A stretch of DNA of 64,000 nucleotides from NCBI GenBank assembly GCA_963664435.2, contig CAXXKM010000002.1:416001-480000 (forward strand). The letters are read 5' to 3'. The translations under genes and the position numbers were made by a program. Shown in pieces: positions 29,449-41,495 of the stretch; within the stretch, counting starts at the first letter, position 1, and every line of letters begins with the position of its first letter. The DNA comes from Longimicrobiales bacterium (lineage in GTDB: Bacteria; Gemmatimonadota; Gemmatimonadetes; Longimicrobiales; Gaopeijiaceae). The notes below the pieces were generated by a model. That model worked only from the letters and a program-made list of their open reading frames with translations. It ran no database searches and was not told the DNA's origin.

Positions 29449-30369
29449 ATGGCGCGCACCGCCGTCCGTCCATCCGGTCCGGGCACCGGGTTCATCGACC
29501 CCAGGGTCCTGGGACGCATCCACAACCTCGAGTTGCTGGCGCGCACCGTGGTGGACGGCTTCATCAGCGGACTGCACCGGGCGCCCTTCCTCGGACTCTC
29601 GGTCGACTTCGCCGAGCATCGGCAGTACATGCCGGGAGACGACATACGCAGGATCGACTGGCGCCTGTTCGCGCGCAGCGACCGCTTCTACCTGAAGCAC
29701 TACGAGGCGGACTCGAACGCCAACTTCATGGTCGTCCTCGACATCTCCCGCTCCATGACCTTCCAGCAGGACGGCATCTCCAAGCTGGACTACGGGCGCT
29801 ACCTCGCGGCCTGCCTGTCGTACTTCTCGCGGCAGCAGAGGGACCGGGTGGGACTGCTCACCATCGCCGGGGAGATCGTGGACTACATTCCGCCGGCGGC
29901 CGGGCACCTCGACCTCGTGCTGCACGCCATCGACCGCATCGAAGCCGGCGGCGCCGGCACCCTGGCCCAGCCGCTCTTCGAGCTCACCGGCCGCATCGGG
30001 CGGCGGGGCATCATGGTGGTGATCTCGGATTTCTACGAGGAGCCCGACGCGGTGGTCGACGCCGTCAAGGACCTGCGCTACGCCGGCCACGACGTCATCG
30101 TCTTCCATCTTCTCGATCCCGCCGAACTCGACTTTCCCTTCGAGAAGCCGGCCAGCTTCCAGGACCTCGAGTCCGAGGCGCGCCTTCCCGTGGTGCCTGG
30201 GCGGCTCCGTGAGGGGTATCGCGAGCTCATCCGCGAACACACCGAAACCCTGTCGCGGCGCTTCGTCGAGCACCGCATCGACTACGCGCTCTTCAACACG
30301 GGGACACCCCTCGACTACGCCCTCTTCAGCTACCTGTCCGCACGCCAGAGGTTGACCCGCGTCCGATGA
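29449..30369 (+). CDS. DUF58 domain protein
   Basis: FAEHRQY.PGDDIRRIDW, LDISRSM, ISDF. Confidence 0.93.
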   Translation: MARTAVRPSGPGTGFIDPRVLGRIHNLELLARTVVDGFISGLHRAPFLGLSVDFAEHRQYMPGDDIRRIDWRLFARSDRFYLKHYEADSNANFMVVLDISRSMTFQQDGISKLDYGRYLAACLSYFSRQQRDRVGLLTIAGEIVDYIPPAAGHLDLVLHAIDRIEAGGAGTLAQPLFELTGRIGRRGIMVVISDFYEEPDAVVDAVKDLRYAGHDVIVFHLLDPAELDFPFEKPASFQDLESEARLPVVPGRLREGYRELIREHTETLSRRFVEHRIDYALFNTGTPLDYALFSYLSARQRLTRVR

Positions 30370-32477
30370 GTGCCCTCGCCTTCCTCGCGCCCCTGTTCCT
30401 CCTGGGCCTCGGCTTCCTGGTGTGGCCGGTGCTCGTGCACCTGGTCCAGAAGGACCGCAAGGAGGTGGTCGAGTTCCCCTCGCTGATGTTCCTGCAGCGG
30501 GTTCCCTACAAGTCGTCCCGGCGGCAGAAGATTCGTCACTGGCTGTTGCTGCTGATGCGCCTCGCGGCGCTCACGGCGCTCATCGCCGCATTCGCGCGCC
30601 CGTTCCTGGACCGCGAGGACATCGCCCTCACCGGAGCGCAGGTGGCGCGCGAGGTGGTCATCCTCGTGGACCGTTCGTACAGCATGGACTACGGCGACCG
30701 CTGGGCGGACGCCCTGGCGGGCGCGCGCGCGGCGGTGCGCCAGCTGGGCCCGGAGGACCGCGCCTCGCTGGTGTTCTTCTCGGCCGGCGCCACCCTTGCC
30801 GTTCGCTCGACCACCGACCGCACGGTGCTCTTCGCCGCACTGGACACGGCCGCGCCCGGCACCGCCGGCACACGCTTCGGTCCGGCGCTCGACCTCGCGC
30901 GCACCGTGCTGGAGCAGTCGAACCTTCCGGGACGGCACGCGGTGGTGATCTCCGACTTCCAGCGCGCGGGATGGGACGGCGACGAGGGCGCGCGCCTGCC
31001 GCCGGGCACCACGGTGGACCCGGTTGTGGTCAGCGGACCGTACGAGGGCGATCTCGCCGTCGGCCAGCTCCTCTTCCAGCGGAACTTCCGCGACGGACTG
31101 GAGCGGGTCGAAACCACGGCCCGGCTCGTCAACTCCGGCGACCGGGAGGTCGAAGACGTGGAGGTGACGCTGGAGCTGGACGGCAGACCGGTCGGGTCGG
31201 CGGCGGCAACGCTTGGGCCCAACGGCACCGCGCTGGTGACGCTGCCGCCCTTCACGCTCAGCGAGCCGTTCATGCGCGGCTCGGTGCGCGTCCCGGGCGA
31301 TGCCTTGTCCGCCAACGACGTCGCCCACTTCGTGTTGTCGCCGGGGGAAGGGTTCTCGGTGCTGGTCGTCGAGGACGGATCCGACCCCAGGGACCCCAGC
31401 CTGTATCTCACCCAGGCGCTGGACATCGGCACCGATCCCGCCTTCGACGTCGAGGTCACCACGGTGGGCGCGATGACCGCGGGCGACCTGGCCGGCCGGT
31501 CGGTGGTGATCCTCAACGGGGCGCGGCCGCCGCGGGGCGGGGTGGGGACACGCCTGCGTGAATTCGTGGAGGACGGCGGCGGCCTGGTGGTCATCCTGGG
31601 CGAACGGAGCAGCTGGCCCGCCGACGGGCCCGACCTCCTCCCCGGCCCGCTGGGACCGGTGATGGAGCCGGAGTGGCGCGAGGGCCGCGGCGGAACGCTC
31701 GGCCGCATCGACTACACCCACCCCGTCTTCGCCCTCTTCGCCGCCCCCCGCAGCGGCGACCTCACCGACGCCACCTTCTTCCGCTACCGCAACGTGCAAC
31801 TGGCGGGGGCGGAGGGCGTACTGGCCCGCTTCGACAACGGCGCGGTGGCGCTGGCGGAACGGCAGGTGGGCGCGGGACGGGTGCTGCTCTGGACGTCGAT
31901 GCTCGACAACTACTGGAACGACATGGTCTTGCAGCCCATCTTCCTGCCTCTCGCCCACCAGTTGGTCAAGCACGCGGGCAGTTTCCGTCCCCCCACGCCC
32001 TCCTACGCCGTCGACGACGTGCTGAACCTGTCGCAGCAGGGCGAAGGACGGGAAGCCGATCGGCTCCTCGCCGGGCTGGCGCAGGGCGACAGGGACGGAC
32101 TGGTCGCGCTTTCGCCCTCCAATCGTTCCATTGACGTAGGTGGAGGCGCCCGGCCCGGCTTTCTGCCGCTCGCGGAACAGGGCTTCTACGAGCTGCGCGG
32201 AGCGGGCGGGGGCGGAGGACCGGGCACCCCCGCGGTTGCCGTGAACGTCAACCTGGGGGAAGCGGATCTGGAGCCGATGGATCCCGAGGAGTTCGTCGGG
32301 TCCATCACCAGTCCGGACATCGGCGAGGCAGGCGATGCCGGCGCCGAAATCGGGCCGGAGGACAGGGAACGGCGCCAGGGAATCTGGTGGTATCTCCTGG
32401 TGGCGGCGTTTCTGCTTCTGGCACTGGAGACGATTGTCTCCAATTATCTGTCACGAAAGGCTGCCAGCCAGCCATAG
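30366..32477 (+). CDS. BatA/vWA domain protein
   Basis: PVLVHL...FPSLMFL...LLLLMR...AFARP; VDRSYSM. Confidence 0.9.
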   Translation: MSALAFLAPLFLLGLGFLVWPVLVHLVQKDRKEVVEFPSLMFLQRVPYKSSRRQKIRHWLLLLMRLAALTALIAAFARPFLDREDIALTGAQVAREVVILVDRSYSMDYGDRWADALAGARAAVRQLGPEDRASLVFFSAGATLAVRSTTDRTVLFAALDTAAPGTAGTRFGPALDLARTVLEQSNLPGRHAVVISDFQRAGWDGDEGARLPPGTTVDPVVVSGPYEGDLAVGQLLFQRNFRDGLERVETTARLVNSGDREVEDVEVTLELDGRPVGSAAATLGPNGTALVTLPPFTLSEPFMRGSVRVPGDALSANDVAHFVLSPGEGFSVLVVEDGSDPRDPSLYLTQALDIGTDPAFDVEVTTVGAMTAGDLAGRSVVILNGARPPRGGVGTRLREFVEDGGGLVVILGERSSWPADGPDLLPGPLGPVMEPEWREGRGGTLGRIDYTHPVFALFAAPRSGDLTDATFFRYRNVQLAGAEGVLARFDNGAVALAERQVGAGRVLLWTSMLDNYWNDMVLQPIFLPLAHQLVKHAGSFRPPTPSYAVDDVLNLSQQGEGREADRLLAGLAQGDRDGLVALSPSNRSIDVGGGARPGFLPLAEQGFYELRGAGGGGGPGTPAVAVNVNLGEADLEPMDPEEFVGSITSPDIGEAGDAGAEIGPEDRERRQGIWWYLLVAAFLLLALETIVSNYLSRKAASQP

Positions 32478-32525
32478 AGAGGATCGGCGGCGCGCAGTTG
32501 ACGTACTGGACAAGGGGGAGCTGAG

Positions 32526-35500
32526 GTGCCTACACGACTCAACCAGCGCGCCAGACTCGAGTTGCTCGATGCCATCCGTCATGTGCGAAACCGCTGGCGC
32601 ATGCGAATCGCGCTGCGCGGACTGGCGGCGTTGCTCGGCATCGGCCTGGTGGCCTTCCTGGTATCCTCCTGGGGGATGGAGGGCAGCCGCTTCAGCCCGG
32701 CGGTCGTCAACGGCTTCCGGATCTTCACCTGGCTCTCGCTGCTCGGGGTGGCCTTCTGGTTCCTCCTGCGCCCGCTCTGGCGACGGCCTTCCGACGCTCA
32801 GGTCGCGCTCTACCTCGAGGAGCACGAGCCATCCCTGAAGGCCTCGGTCCTGAGCGCGATCGACGCGGGAGCCGACCCCGAGGCCACGGGTACGGCGCAC
32901 TCCCCTGCGCTCGTGCAGCGGCTCATTGAGTCGGCGGTCCGGAAGGCGCGCGCCGTGGATGGCGGATACCGCATCGAGCGGGCGGCGCTGCTGCGCTGGA
33001 CCGCCGCGGTCGCGGGGATCGCGATCGCCATCCTCATCATTTTCCTGACCGGGCCGGCCTTCCTGCGCCACGGCGCCTCGGTGCTGCTCTCGCCGACGGC
33101 GGACGCGGCGGAGGTCAACCCCTACTCGATCGAGGTGACCCCGGGCGACGCCACCATCACGCGCGGCTCGGACCTGCGCATTGCGGCGCGCAACCTTGGA
33201 TTCGACGCCGCCGATGCGGAACTCTTCCTGCGCACCGGCTCCGACGGTGAATTCCGGCCCCTGTCCATGCTCCTGGCAGGCGACACCGGAGAGGAGGATG
33301 CCGGCGAGTTCGAGGTCGTGCTCTTCGGCGTGGAAGAGGTCACCGAGTACTTCGTGCGCTCCTCCGGCGTGCAGTCGGACCTCTACCGCATCGACGTGGA
33401 GATCCTGCCCTACGTGGACCGGCTCGAGCTGGTGTACGATTTCCCGGCCTACACCGGGCTGCCGGACCGCACCATCGACGACGGCGGCGACATCGCGGTG
33501 CTGAGCGGAACCCGCGTCCACTTGCGCGTCTTCCCCACGATTCCCGCCCCGCGCGCCAACCTGTGGCGCGACGACGCGCTGGCGAGCGAACTGACGTCCG
33601 TCGAGGACGGCTCCTTCACCGGATCCTTCGTGGTGGAGCAGAACGGCTTCTATCACCTTGAGATGGAGAGCGCGCGCGCCGGGCTGGTGCCCGCCTCGCC
33701 CCAGTACACCATCGACGTGCTGCACGACCAGCCTCCCTCGCTGTCCTTCAGCCGTCCCGGCCGCGACACGCGCGCCACCGCGCTCGAGGAGGTCTTCGTC
33801 GAGGCCCGCGCCAACGACGACTACGGCATCCGGCAACTCGATCTGGTCTTCTCGGTCAACGGCGGCGAGGAGCAGACCGTCGAGCTGTTCGGCTCCGGGG
33901 CCGCGCCGCTGAGCGAGGTGAGCGCGGGCTACACGTTCTTCCTGGAGGAGTACGAACTCGTCCCGGGCGACATCATCTCCTACTACGCCAAGACGCGTGA
34001 CAACGCGGGTACAGGCAGCCAGGAAGCCATCAGCGACATCTACTTCCTCCAGATCCGCCGCTTCGACACGGAGTTCCGCCAGGCGGAGCAGCAGCCCGGG
34101 GGCGGCGGGGGCGGCGGCGGCGGCCAGATGGGCAACGAACAGGAGCTCTCGGAACAGCAGAGGGAGGTCATCTCGGCGACGTTCAACCTGAACCGGGACC
34201 GCGACCGCTATTCACCGGAGGGGTTCAGCGAGGGCATGGTCGTGGTGCGGCTCTCGCAGGAGAGACTTCGCGACCAGGTCGCGACCCTGGTGACGCGCCT
34301 CAACAACCGGGGCGTGGTGCGCGATCCCGAGTTCGAGCAGATCGCCGAGTTGCTGCCGCAGGCGATGGAGGAGATGGAGGCCGCCATGGAGCGGCTCGAC
34401 GCCGCCGACCCGGAGGGCGCGCTTTCCGAGGAGCAGCAGGCGCTCCAGTACCTGCTGCGCGCGGAAGCGCTCTACGACGAGGTGCAGGTGAGCCAGCAGC
34501 AGGGCGGGGGCGGCGGGGGGGGGGGGCGGCGGGCCCAGCGCGGACGACCTCGCGGATCTCTTCGAACTGGAGCTCGACAAGCTCAAGAACCAGTACGAGA
34601 GCGTACAGCGCGGCGAGCGCCAGCAGGCCGACGAGCAGATCGACGAGACGCTCGAGCGCCTGCGCGAGCTGGCCCGGCGCCAGGAGCAGGAGGCCGAGCG
34701 CCAGCAGCGCCTCGCCAACCGCTCGCAGGGATCCGCCGGGGGCGGCGCCCAGAATCAGCGCTCGCTCGCCGATGAGGTGGAGGAGGAGGCGAGGCGCCTG
34801 GAGGAGCTCTCGCGCATGCAGTCCAACCAGCGCCTGGCGGAGACGGCGCGCCAGCTCCAGGACGCCGCCAACGCGATGCGGGAAGCGGCCGCCGCAAGAG
34901 GGGGCGAGGCAGCCGCCGATGCGCGTTCCGCGCTGGACCGGCTTCGTGCCGCCCGGCGGCTGCTGGAGCGCGATCAGTCCGGGCGCATCGAACGGGACGC
35001 GCAGGACGCCTTGCAGCGGAGCGAGGAGCTCATCGAAGAGCAGCTCGACGTCGCCGAGGAATCGGTGGCCATCTCCGGCGCGGAACAGGTCACCTCGGAG
35101 CGCATGCGCAGGCTCATCGAGCGCAAGAACGAGATGACCCAGGAGGTCGCGGACCTGGAGCGGCAGATCGATCAGATGTCGGCGGACGCCGGCTCGGAGC
35201 AGGGGCAGGCGGCCGAGTCGTTCGACGATGCCCTGCGCAACATCCGCGACAACAAGATCCGGGAACGGATCCAGTACTCGCGCGGGCTTCCGGGCGCGCG
35301 CAGCCCCGACTTCACGCGCGACTTCGAACAGCAGACCACCGAGCACCTGATGGAGCTGAGGGATCAGCTGCAGGAAGCGTCGGAGGCGATCGGCGAGCCG
35401 GTGGACGACCGCACAATGGAGTCACTCGACCGCGCCCGGGACATGGTGCGCAACATGGAGTCGCTCAACGAGCGGCTGCAGGCGCGCGCCGACGAGAACG

Positions 35501-36135
35501 CCCGGCGGGGACTGGGACAGCGGCCCGGCGAGGAGGCCCGCGGACAGCAGGGGCAGCAGGGTGAAGGTCAGCAGGGGCAGGAGGGCGAGGGCCAGCAAGG
35601 CCAGGGCGGCCAGCAGGGCGAAGGCGGGCAACAGGGCCAGGGCGGACAACAAGGCCAGGGTGGACAGCAGGGTCAGGGCGGCCAGCAGGGCGGGCAGGGC
35701 GGCGGGGGCGGTCCCGACGGCGTGAGGGATATGGCCGGCGCCGGGTTCGGGCCGGGCGGCAGCGGCTGGGCGCGCGGGCTCACCCCCGAGGACATCCGCC
35801 AGTTCCGGGGCGAGTATCGTGAACGCGCCCGCGAGATGGCCGATCTGCGCGAACAGCTCTCCGACGCCGGGGTCGGCGTCGAGGAGCTCGACGATGTCAT
35901 CCGCTCCATGAGGGCGCTCGACGACCGCCGCGTCTACGACGACATGGAGGAAATCCTCCGGCTCCAGACCCAGATTCTAGAGGGGGTGAAGCGCTTCGAG
36001 TTCGGACTCCGCCGGGCGGCCGGGGAAGACGACCCCGAGCGCCTGCTCCTGTCCGGCTCCGACGAGGTGCCGCCGGGGTTCCGTCAGCTGATCGAAGAGT
36101 ACTACCGTTCGCTGTCCCGCACCCCCGGGGGCTGA
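32526..36135 (+). CDS. Large DUF4175-like membrane/coiled-coil protein, frameshift in G12 tract at 34515-34526
   Basis: ORFs 32526..34775 and 34777..36135 join with one G fewer, restoring [20 protein letters not shown]; ends [16 protein letters not shown]. Confidence 0.8.
35542..35712 (+). repeat. Coding Gly/Gln tandem repeat (GQQGQG)n
   Basis: [26 protein letters not shown]... Confidence 0.8.
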
Positions 36136-36173
36136 AACGCAGGTCCACGGACCGACCAAACGGAAATGAGAAC

Positions 36174-37157
<984 letters not shown>

Positions 37158-37231
37158 GCACCCCGACGCGACGTCGCCCGGTCCGCCGGGCGCGCTGAGG
37201 CGGGCGAAACGCGCCGAGCGACGGAATCCCG

Positions 37232-38302
37232 ATGCATCCCAAGACCCGCGCCCGGGTGCTCAGCGCGCTCATCTGGGGCGTCTGTCTCGCGCCTCTGCTC
37301 TGGCTCGTCGTCCGCTTCCGCGAGGACGGGCTCGGCGCCAACCCCATCGAGGAGTTCACCCACTGGGGCGGCAGCTCGACGCTGATCCTGCTGCTGCTCA
37401 CGCTGACCGTGACCCCGTTGCGCCGCTGGGCGGGCTGGAACCTGGTTCGGTACCGGCGCCGGCTCGGGCTGGCCGCATTCTTCTACGGGCTTACCCACTT
37501 CATGACCTACCTCGCCCTCGACCAGTTCTTCGCGTTCGAGTACGTCCTTGAGGACATCGCCGAGCGGCCCTACATCACGGCCGGCTTCGCCGCCTTCGTG
37601 CTGCTCATCCCGCTGGCGGTCACCTCGACCCGGGGATGGATCCGCCGGCTGGGCAAACGCTGGCAGCGCCTGCACCGCATCGTCTACCTGGCCGCCGGAC
37701 TCGGCGTGCTCCACTACTTCTGGAAAGTGAAGGCGGACACCCTCTGGCCGCTGGTGGCGGCGGTTGTGCTGGCGGTCCTGCTGGCATCGCGTCTCAAGCC
37801 GAAGGCGGCGCGGCGCGGGAAGTCCCTGATCATCCTCGTGGCATCCGCCTGGGGGCTGACGCCCTCTCCGATGGTCGCCCAGTCCGATCCCGGCGCCGAG
37901 GCCGACGAGCAAGCCATCCTGCAGGTGGTCGACGACCTGTTCGACGCCATGCGCGCCAGGGACGGGGAGACGCTGGAGCGCATCTTCCACCCCGACACGC
38001 GCCTGATCACGGCGGGAACCAACGCCGACGGCGTCCCCGAAGTCACCGAGATCCCGATATCCCGGTTCATCTCCTCGGTGCTCGCGTCCTCGAGTTACCT
38101 CGACGAGCGCATCTACAACCCGGTGGTTCAGGTCAACAACAACCTGGGAACCGTCTGGGTGGAGTACGATTTCTTCGCCGACGGGGAGTTCAGCCACTGC
38201 GGGGCGGACGCCTTCATGATGGGCAGAAGCGCCGACGGATGGCAGATTGTGCAGATCGCGCACACGATGGTGCGCGAGGGGTGCCCCGAGCGCGGCGGCT
38301 AA
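37232..38302 (+). CDS. msrQ: MsrQ heme-binding subunit fused to a C-terminal NTF2-like domain
   Basis: LGANPIE, RRRLGLAAFFY..H, WQRLHRIVY, then VDDLFDAMRARD...VWVEYDF...SHCGADAF. Confidence 0.85.
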   Translation: MHPKTRARVLSALIWGVCLAPLLWLVVRFREDGLGANPIEEFTHWGGSSTLILLLLTLTVTPLRRWAGWNLVRYRRRLGLAAFFYGLTHFMTYLALDQFFAFEYVLEDIAERPYITAGFAAFVLLIPLAVTSTRGWIRRLGKRWQRLHRIVYLAAGLGVLHYFWKVKADTLWPLVAAVVLAVLLASRLKPKAARRGKSLIILVASAWGLTPSPMVAQSDPGAEADEQAILQVVDDLFDAMRARDGETLERIFHPDTRLITAGTNADGVPEVTEIPISRFISSVLASSSYLDERIYNPVVQVNNNLGTVWVEYDFFADGEFSHCGADAFMMGRSADGWQIVQIAHTMVREGCPERGG

Positions 38303-39222
38303 CCCCCTTCCCTTCCCAGCAACCGGTCCGGCTCGGGCACGATGCGGGTGGCCCGGAAGCTCGCCAGGCGGTAGAGCGTCTCGTTACCCGCTACGCGCAC
38401 CTGATATTCGGCGTCCACCGGCGCCAATTCCAGAGCAAGGAGCGTGTCGCCGCTCTCATTCAGCGCCACGAAGCGACGCACGTCCTCGGTCGGAAACCCG
38501 GAATCTTCCTCCACGAAACCGATGGCCCGCAGTTCGTCCACCTCGTCGAGCATGTTGGCCACCGATGCCGAATCCGGCACCGCGCCCGACCCCGCGACGG
38601 TCCACCCCGCGTCGCCGCGCTCGACCACGATGACCTCGCCCGCCCGCTCCACTTCGATGGCCGCGATCGCCTCGACGTCGACCCGCGCGATGAGTTTGTC
38701 GCGCCAGTCGGTGAGGGTGCGTGTGAAGGAGCCGCGCAGGTCGCCCCGCACGGTGTAGACCTCGTCCGATCCGGGCAGTCGCGCGTAGGCGGTCTGGAAG
38801 GCCGAACCCACCCGGCCCAGCGCCACGATGCGGCTTTCACCCCCGACCAGACGGAACTCCAGCATCCACGCTTCGCGGCCGGCCACGCCCAGGCGTTCGT
38901 GATTGTCCGGGTTGGCCGCGGCCAGGGCGCCCACCTCGATCTCCGAGAGCGCGGTGAACATGCAGGCCACGGCAGCGGAGTCGGCTTCGTACCCGTTCAC
39001 CGTCCACTCGCCGGCGACGCGCGCCACCTCGATCTCCCGGTCGGGTCCGCTGAAGGCGGCGCTCTCGAGGGTGCGTTCGTCGATGCCCTCCAGTTCCGAC
39101 GCGAGTTCGCCTGCCCCGGCAGCAAGCTCCGGGCCCCGGCCGCCCACCAGCCTGATGACCCCGTACAGGACCAGCAGTCCCGCGAGCGCGATGACGAGTC
39201 TCTGCAGTACGTTCTTGCTCAT
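38299..39222 (-). CDS. DUF4340 domain protein
   Basis: N-terminal TM, WTVNGYEAD, YARLPGSDEVY, DWRDK. Confidence 0.85.
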   Translation of the reverse strand: MSKNVLQRLVIALAGLLVLYGVIRLVGGRGPELAAGAGELASELEGIDERTLESAAFSGPDREIEVARVAGEWTVNGYEADSAAVACMFTALSEIEVGALAAANPDNHERLGVAGREAWMLEFRLVGGESRIVALGRVGSAFQTAYARLPGSDEVYTVRGDLRGSFTRTLTDWRDKLIARVDVEAIAAIEVERAGEVIVVERGDAGWTVAGSGAVPDSASVANMLDEVDELRAIGFVEEDSGFPTEDVRRFVALNESGDTLLALELAPVDAEYQVRVAGNETLYRLASFRATRIVPEPDRLLGREGG

Positions 39223-41495
39223 GCGTCCACCTCGTTCCAGCGGCGTTCGGCGCGGGCCCGTCTGCCCGTGACCCGCAAGGCGCCGGCGAGGCAGAAGAAG
39301 AGGGGCATGCCCACCAGGTTCCCCCACTTGAGCGCGTTCTTGGCGAAGTCCGACTCCAGGGCCAGCGGCGGCGGCGTGCGGTCCTTGGAGCGGATACTGA
39401 TGAGCGCCTCGTCCTGCGCCAGCCAGTCGACCGAGTTGGCGGCAAAGAGCAGGTTCTGGCGGCTCGACCGGACGAACTGTTCGTCCAGGAAGTCCACGTC
39501 GGCAACCACGACCATGCGGCCGGCCCGCTCCGGACTCTCGCCCTCTTCCCCTTCCTCCGCGGGAAGCGCGAAATCCACGGCCGCCGCCACGACTTCGACG
39601 CCGAGGCTGGCCTCGTCGGGGTAGCTCTGCATGTCGGGTGCGATCGGGCTGCCCGGCGCCTGCACCCCTCCCGCGTCGGTGGTCGTCCAGAGCGGTGTCG
39701 TCCGCGCGGAATCGGTCAGCACCAGGGAGCTGGCCCACCCGACGGAGAGGTTGTTGAGGTCGCGGGTTACCGGATGATCGGCGCCGCGGAAGAGGATGGG
39801 CCAGAGCGGGTAGGAGCGCACCACCGCGAAGATCCCCTGACGCCCCATCTGCACCCGCTCCGCCGAGGCCAGATCGTAGACGATGCCCCCGTCGTACCTC
39901 ATTCCGCGCTCTTCCAGGAAGGTCTCGAGCCCCGACGTCACCGGCGACGCCATCGGCGACTGCGGATCGATCTGCGTCCCCTCCACCAGCAGCATGGCGG
40001 CCCCTCCGCCGTCCACGTACTCCCCGAGCCGGTCCAGAGCGAGCTGCGACATGGGCTCCGTCGGCCCGGCCACCACGAGCACGTCGATGGAATCCGGATT
40101 CAGGGGAGGCACCGTGTCGCCGTCGAGCGCGACGCTCCCGATCGAGTAGCGATCGCTCAGCTCCTGCTGCAGCGCCGGCATCTCGAAGGCCTGCTTCGCG
40201 CCGAAACCGGAGGCGAAGCGCAGGCGCGGACGCGCGTCGGTGGTCATGGAGACGATCGCCGTCGCCATGCGCAGCTCCAGGTCGTCGGTGCGGTCGATGA
40301 TGGGGATGATCTCGCGCTGGTCCGCGTACTGCATGGCCAGCCCGAAGTATCCGCGGCGAACCTCGAACTCGTCGTCGCGCAGGACGTTGAAGTCGAGTTC
40401 CGGGATTCCCATGCCGCTGGCTTCGGAACGCGCCTCGTCGTCGTCGCCCGGGTCGATTCTCTCCACCACCAGCTGCCCGCCGCCCGCGCGCCGGAAATCG
40501 GCGAGCAGATCCTCCACGTCGCGCCGCGTGAGCTGCACCTCCGGGGGGAGTTCGTCGGACACGAACAGCTTGAAGGTGACGAGGTCGTTGAGGTTCCCGA
40601 GCACTTCCCGGGTTCCCTCCGCCAGGGTATAGAGGTTGCCCCGGGTCAGGTCCAGACGCCCGCGGATGTAGCCGCCGAGCAGGTTCAGCACCACCACCAG
40701 AGCCGCGATCGTGATGGTGCCCACGCGCAGGCGCCGATAGTCGCCGCGGCCATGACTCAGCCGCTCCCGGCTCACCATGGCGATGGACAGCACCAGGAAG
40801 AGGGTGGCGGTGGAGAGGAAGTACAGGACGTCGCGCAGGTCGATCACGCCGCGGGCGACATTCTCGAAGTGCCCCATCACGGAGAGACGAGCCGCCGCGC
40901 CGCCGATCATCGGCGTCAACCCGATCTGCACGAAGGGAAGACCGATCAGCACCAGCACCAGGCTGACGGCGATGGCCAGCATGAACGACGTGATCTGGTT
41001 GCGGGTCATGCTCGACGCCCACAGGCCGATGGCCACGAACTGGGCGGCGAGCAGCGACGCGCCCACGTACTGCGCGGCCACGATTCCCGGATCGGCCTCG
41101 GAGGCCAGGAGCACGCCGATCGACATCGGCAGCGTTCCGGCGAGCGCGACCAGGGCGAAGACCCAGTTCCCCAGGAACTTGCCGAGCACGGTCTCGATCT
41201 CGTTGAAGGGATGCGCCAGCAGCCACTCCAGCGTTCCGCTGCGGCGCTCCTCCGCGAGCGAGCGCATGGTCGCGGCCGGAATCAGGATGGCGAAGAGCCA
41301 GGGCAGGAGATCGAAGAAGGGACGCAGGGTGGCGATGTTGGAGGCATACAGAGAACGGAACTCGATGAAGATCCCCAGCGCCAGGAAGGCCACGATCAGG
41401 ATGTACGCCGTGGCCTGATCGAAGAAGCCCGCGAGTTCGCGGCGCGCGATGGTGGGCACGCCCCTGAGGCCGGCGAGAATGCTGGGGATGTTCAC
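39219..41495 (-). CDS. ABC-2 permease (GldF-like) fused to GldG-like domain
   Basis: RRELAGFF, MRSLAEERRSGTLE, RLDLTRGNLYTL, NSVDWL. Confidence 0.9.
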   Translation of the reverse strand: MNIPSILAGLRGVPTIARRELAGFFDQATAYILIVAFLALGIFIEFRSLYASNIATLRPFFDLLPWLFAILIPAATMRSLAEERRSGTLEWLLAHPFNEIETVLGKFLGNWVFALVALAGTLPMSIGVLLASEADPGIVAAQYVGASLLAAQFVAIGLWASSMTRNQITSFMLAIAVSLVLVLIGLPFVQIGLTPMIGGAAARLSVMGHFENVARGVIDLRDVLYFLSTATLFLVLSIAMVSRERLSHGRGDYRRLRVGTITIAALVVVLNLLGGYIRGRLDLTRGNLYTLAEGTREVLGNLNDLVTFKLFVSDELPPEVQLTRRDVEDLLADFRRAGGGQLVVERIDPGDDDEARSEASGMGIPELDFNVLRDDEFEVRRGYFGLAMQYADQREIIPIIDRTDDLELRMATAIVSMTTDARPRLRFASGFGAKQAFEMPALQQELSDRYSIGSVALDGDTVPPLNPDSIDVLVVAGPTEPMSQLALDRLGEYVDGGGAAMLLVEGTQIDPQSPMASPVTSGLETFLEERGMRYDGGIVYDLASAERVQMGRQGIFAVVRSYPLWPILFRGADHPVTRDLNNLSVGWASSLVLTDSARTTPLWTTTDAGGVQAPGSPIAPDMQSYPDEASLGVEVVAAAVDFALPAEEGEEGESPERAGRMVVVADVDFLDEQFVRSSRQNLLFAANSVDWLAQDEALISIRSKDRTPPPLALESDFAKNALKWGNLVGMPLFFCLAGALRVTGRRARAERRWNEVDA

